This document shows, piece after piece, positions 60,169-64,000 of a stretch of 64,000 bases of DNA. The first letter of the stretch is position 1; every line of letters begins with the position of its first letter. Position numbers and translations under genes: made by a program. The stretch comes from Laetmonice hystrix (lineage: Eukaryota). The stretch covers positions 52,328,001 through 52,392,000 of the forward strand of contig OZ249436.1 in assembly GCA_965235115.1 (NCBI GenBank). The letters are read 5' to 3'. The notes beneath the pieces were generated by a model. It had not been told where the DNA came from, did not search any database, and saw only the letters and a list, made by a program, of their open reading frames with translations.

Positions 60169-63100
60169 CTAGTCCAGAACAATTACGTCATCAGTTGATT
60201 CCTGCTTCTCTGTGTCCATGCTAGAACACTTCTTTTGTCCTCCTGTATCTTTTTTTGCCATTTGTCTTAAAAGAGTCAGAGGGGTGATGCGCTTTACACT
60301 TTTCTCTGAAAGATTGCTTTTGGATTTCCCTGATGTTGGGGTTAAGGAGGTGGCCGTAACTTTGGGTGTGCTCGGAGCTGGGTGGGTTTGTGGCGATATT
60401 CCAGGTACTGTAAATTTCCGAATTGAAGCATGTACGGGGGTAGAGGTGGCAGATGGCATTTCCCGGTGCACCTTCTTGGCTGGAGGTGACTTGGTGGCAT
60501 CAGGGGTTGTGATGGTGGGAACATTAGGTCGGGTGATCCATGTCCACTGGGTAGGTACGGGCAAGTCTTTGAGCCCTTGCTTCTCCAAAACTAAATCGTT
60601 AACAAACCAGCATTTATAATTATACAGAGTACGCTTTTCGTACACAGCCATGGCACGAATTTTGATGTCCACCTGTCGTTTGGAAATGCTGCAAGGTTTT
60701 TTCTCTTTGTTGAGTTGCTCATCCAGTGTTGGGCCTCCTGCAACTGATTCTGACTGACTCTGCTCTAGTGAGCTCGACTGGCTATCCACCTCCATGCTAG
60801 CATCTGCAGCATACGTCTCATCTCCATCCGTCTTTTGCTCACGTCGTCGCCAAAACTCACGAAACTCCTTGATCAACTTCTGGATGCTGGCAACATTACC
60901 ATGAACCAACTTGATCAGATGTGGGAGCGCTGAAACAATGAATTCATACATGTTAGATATTCACATCAAAGGGTACTCCACCAAAACATGGCTGTTTGTG
61001 GTTTCAGGCAACTTATAATTTTAAAAGGTTTGAGAACAGTGTCTATGGTTGTCAAATTTCGAGAAGTCCTTGCATCAGCAGAACATGACACCCCCTTTTC
61101 CCAACCCAAACACACACACCACAGGGCCTCATCTCTGGGTTCGAATCCCCATTGAGCCAGATGTAAGAAGTGTTCTCTGTTGCCTGTAAGGGCGTTGGTT
61201 TCCCCAAGACTACTAGCGTTTCCTCCACAGACTCAGTGACTGCCTTGATGACCATGGCTGTTGTGAAGGCATAAAACCCCAATCTAAATCCAAATCCATC
61301 CCCTTAAACATCAAGAATGAGAAAAAGAATCTTACCTTCTTCGGGAACACCCTGCTTTTTTTTGCCACGAGAATCCTTGCTGCCTTTGTTCGTATTCTTA
61401 GCTGAATCGTCAATTTGCTCTTTTACTGGTTTTGGCATTATGACTCCTTCTACCAGGGGCTGAACCTAGAAGCAAAACCTCAGTCAGTTAAAAAACACTG
61501 GCCGTTTGTGGGCGATAGAAGTTTTAAATCATAAACTGTACACTGTGGGGCATCATTTGTGTTTAGTAGGGGTGCTAATTGGGTGCAAAGTGACCCTATT
61601 CTTGTGTGCCCAGATTAATTTTATTGCAGTCTGAAATATGTCAGATAATAGTCAAATGCCTTGGTCAGATCCAGTGGTCCTTAGAAGGGCCTTTTGACAG
61701 CTAATAATATTTTATGCTGCAGACTTACACTCTTGTTTTACACTCTCTATACAGCTAGACATGAAGTAATATTACTCAGGCCTCTCACCTCCCTAAGCCA
61801 TTTTAATTGGCTCAATCATAAATGGTCACAAATCACGAAATGTATACAAAGACCAAAGACTGTATAAAAGGATACTCCTGTACTCCCATTTTGTATTTCT
61901 TCCCAATTTACCCGGGGGGGGGGGGGGCGTTTCTCATCATGTCGTTAGCTTGTCGTATCGGTAACTCCAATGCATTTTCAATGGGGATTTTAACGCACGA
62001 CAGGATAACGATAGATGAGAAACGCACCCCAGATTTGTACACTTTTCATGATTTTCGACTAAATCAACTAAGTGTCCTGTACCTTATAATCCTGCAGCTT
62101 GCAGATGTTTGGGTTGTTTTCAGACGTGGGCGACACAGGGTTCCACCACTGGCAGCCAATAACGAGTGCTTTCAATACTTGACACTGTTTCTTCATTTCA
62201 GCCTCCCACACCTTAGCCTTGATAAGCTGGCGTGCCTTCATAGCTTCTGGTGTAACATCCTGCTGTAAAAAGGAGAACAAAATTAGTCTGTGGTGTTTTC
62301 CACGTTAAAGATTATATCAAATATATAACTTTACAGAATGTATCACTACCATGATGCAGTTCAATCAATTAGCTGTGAGTTAGAATGGAGTCGATTGAGA
62401 TGTTGAAATGACTGCAACAAAGTAAACAATGGTTTGATGTAACGAAAAAATATCTGAAATGTTAAACATTTTGCGCGACATTTTTCATTACATCAGTGGC
62501 TTCCTACATGTCGCAACTCTAAACCATCTGGTAGCAGCAATACTCCATGTTTAAATGGCTGATTAAAGTAATAAAAGATAAAAGATGGAACAGAGTAGAG
62601 CTGTCTATAGCATGTCTGAAAGCTGACCAGTCCCAGCTTGTACCTACTTCCTCTTCAGCATCACACCCTTCACCATCTGAAAGGTAGCCATGAGGAACAA
62701 AGAAACCGTCCTCCTCCTCCTCCTCGTCTGATCCGTTTTCTTCACCTTCACCCTGCAAAGCAACAAAATAACAAAATTCATCACACAATCTCAAAAGAAT
62801 TGCAATTGCTAACTACACGGTGTGCAAGGAGTTCATACCATATTTACTGTTTTTCCTAAAATGAGATCATTTTACCGTGGTTACATTCTTCCCGCAGAGT
62901 CCTTCAAGACTGAATGACAGTTAGTGCGACAGGACAGTCGCCATCAGCAAACTAGTTTAAATCTTGATTTTTGTGTACAAACCTCACTGTGGGACAGGCT
63001 TTCTCCTGGTTCTTCTTCTTCCCATTCATCATCACTCTCAACATCATAGTCTAACAGCACCTACCAATGGAAAGGTAATCGAGTTAGCCAGGTGATCTCA

Positions 63101-63603
63101 CAGCCAAACATCAGCAACTATCACATGATTTCTTGAAACATTCCATCTCTTCAACTGTTTCACTGCTCGGCATACCATGACCAACCACTTTGTACTAGCT
63201 ACAATTACCTACAAAATAAAGTGTACAGGCATCTTCGTGTTAACAACAAGGATCCCATAGGGCAACTATCATAATGTACCTGAAGCATATGCACAACAGC
63301 TCCCAGCCTACCCATCATTTAAAGTTTGTATTTCTGACAAAAACGGATACTAACCTCATCCTTTTTAAGTGGGTTCCTGGGGTTGATGATCTTGCTCCGC
63401 TTCCTCCATGTACCATAGTAGGCTGGGCGGTAATTCTCACGGAACTGCAGTAGTTTGGCCTTCATCATTGGCGGCGATGTGCTCTCAAGTCTCCCCTCCT
63501 CAACCACAAGGACATCATTGTCTTCAGACGGATACGTCTTCCTGCTCATTCCCCGTACATAACCTCTTGACTTCAGCTCTTCGAGATATAGGCATGTTCT
63601 CTC
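60169..63603 (-). CDS. CHAF1A: Chromatin assembly factor 1 subunit A (p150), 3' six exons; 5' part lies outside the window
   Basis: complement(join(63355..63603,62983..63060,62648..62752,62083..62262,61336..61465,60169..60929)). Motifs MKAKLLQFRENYRPAYYGTW, LDYDVESDDEWEEEEPGESLS, DGFFVPHGYLSDGEG, LPHLIKLVHGN. Confidence 0.93.
61137..61299 (+). mobile_element. 5'-truncated tRNA-derived SINE in a CHAF1A intron
   Basis: B-box GTTCGAATCC at 61139, then ggtttcccc...gtttcctccac and a short repeat tail; no A-box seen. Confidence 0.5.
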
Positions 63604-64000
63604 CTGTAAAGAGACAAGATGGGAATGTTTGAATCTTAAAGGTCCCCTAGTCACTCTCCCCCCGTTCCAGTTAGTCAATTTGTACCCACATGTGAAATAT
63701 AATGTCTCACAGGCGCTGCAATGTCGAGAAAACCGTGAAAGTGTGCTCCAGCCGGGGTCCCGAGTAAACACTGTCCATGTTTTTGTTGTTGAGTTCAAAT
63801 CTGCCGCTGTCGACAAGTGGCGCTATGACTGACGTCATTGCATCAACCATCCCAAAATACCCCGCTAGGCCGCTTCCGGGGAATGCCCCACCGCCCCACG
63901 CCCCGCAACACACGCTGGGCCATTTCAGTCGATGCTCGCACCTCGGTACGTGGAGGAGCAAACTAGTACTGGTATTGGCTATAGACTATATACTAAGATA

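Overview
Eukaryotic animal genomic DNA, probably a lophotrochozoan invertebrate (mollusc or annelid; inferred from SINE motifs and gene content). It has spliceosomal introns and two N gaps (19620-19753, 23775-23933). The left half (2.6-28.2 kb) is a tandem array of four two-exon, plus-strand genes for secreted Gly/His/Tyr-rich proteins. They share a phase-1 intron after the signal peptide, a VE(G/A)K motif and a gap-free 111-aa C-terminal domain, but differ in their repeat modules. An intact, very young BEL/Pao LTR retrotransposon (4939-11849, minus strand; LTRs identical by eye; 5-bp TSD; one 2010-aa ORF) sits between paralogs 1 and 2. It has no tRNA-type PBS; instead its PBS is exactly complementary to 11 nt inside its own LTR, which is the Tf1-like self-priming geometry. 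Each LTR also carries two CTCF-consensus motifs. The right half holds a 6-exon MS4A/CD20-like tetraspan gene (one GC-AG intron), a disrupted NXPE/SGNH-like pseudogene, an intronless RASD-like GTPase, a complete 13-exon nicalin gene and the 3' six exons of CHAF1A, all on the minus strand, plus many MITEs (hAT-, Harbinger-, Tc1/mariner- and Ginger-like). Gene models were built by hand from splice signals and frame continuity; no database searches were run.
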